From: Clostridiales bacterium
Lineage (GTDB): Bacteria > Bacillota > Peptococcia > DRI-13 > UBA5745
Direction: 5' to 3'
Assembly (NCBI GenBank): GCA_038562165.1
Contig: JBCFAO010000010.1
Coordinates: 18,643-82,642 of the forward strand
DNA length: 64,000 nt
Below, piece by piece: positions 63,739 through 64,000 of the stretch. Both the position numbers and the translations under genes were made by a program. Within the stretch, counting starts at the first letter, position 1; every line of letters begins with the position of its first letter. The notes under the pieces are model-generated. The model saw only the letters and a list, made by a program, of their open reading frames with translations. It was not told the origin of the DNA and made no database searches.

Positions 63739-64000
63739 TTGCTCCCCCCCTTTCGGCAAATCGTTCTGACATCCATAAAATACTGCTTTGGCACCTCTAC
63801 GGAAACCAGAGTAGTACCGTCCATCTGCTTCGTCTTCTTTACTTTTAATACCTTGCCTTCCGTAAGGTACTGGCCGTTCCGGCCTCCGCAGGGCACCGTA
63901 TCGCCCTCTTGGGGCAAAGGCAGATATTCAAAGGGGAATTCCACCATGCTGGTGCTGTCGGTGTAATTCTTCTCCACCCGGAAAATGGCCAGACCGGGGC
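63735..64000 (-). CDS. C-terminal part of an unidentified protein (probably a third subunit of the oxidoreductase cluster); 5' end outside the window
   Basis: The frame stays open from the stop at 63735-63737 to the window edge (..PGLAIFRVEKNYTDSTSMVEFPFEYLPLPQEGDTVPCGG..). The GTG at 63977 in the track need not be the start. Confidence 0.4.
   Translation of the reverse strand, partial: PGLAIFRVEKNYTDSTSMVEFPFEYLPLPQEGDTVPCGGRNGQYLTEGKVLKVKKTKQMDGTTLVSVEVPKQYFMDVRTICRKGGSK

Overview
This 64-kb chromosomal segment comes from an endospore-forming, Rnf-containing anaerobic Firmicute (Clostridia/Negativicutes-like; the exact taxon cannot be determined here). I support about 58 protein-coding genes, most on the minus strand, and two tRNAs (Glu-CUC and Val-GAC). 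I saw no rRNA, CRISPR array, transposase, integrase or prophage genes.

Housekeeping content:
- A FakA-like DAK2 protein (partial) and a beta-CASP RNase.
- comM/yifB, gltX, tyrS, purC, uppP, ybaK, dxr, rpe, recG and tag.
- A complete rnfCDGEAB operon followed by apbE, a NusG-II domain gene and a Gx-transporter gene.
- Forespore genes: gpr, an alpha/beta-type SASP and sigG.
- bactofilin, a polysaccharide deacetylase, floA-nfeD and an HtrA-like protease.
- An FAD-oxidoreductase / 2Fe-2S cluster at the right edge.

Most notable observations:
1. An ECF sigma factor is translationally coupled to a 1,723-aa single-pass membrane protein. Its whole extracytoplasmic part looks like a thioester-less alpha-2-macroglobulin, making it a candidate protease-sensing anti-sigma factor.
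2. A two-gene surface module pairs a dockerin-bearing NlpC/P60-like enzyme with a cohesin-like + 3xSLH anchor.
3. A family of composite intergenic repeats, built from inverted arrays of a 22-bp motif on a 40-41-bp period, occurs at three loci.
4. A roughly 50-nt promoter module with paired GAAAATTTTC palindromes is shared by the ECF operon and a TPP-enzyme gene.
5. There are several tandem hairpin-repeat arrays and one ORF that fuses a membrane domain, a coiled coil and a rubredoxin.

All product calls rest on motif recognition by eye in the supplied translations or in my own translation. No database search or computation was run.
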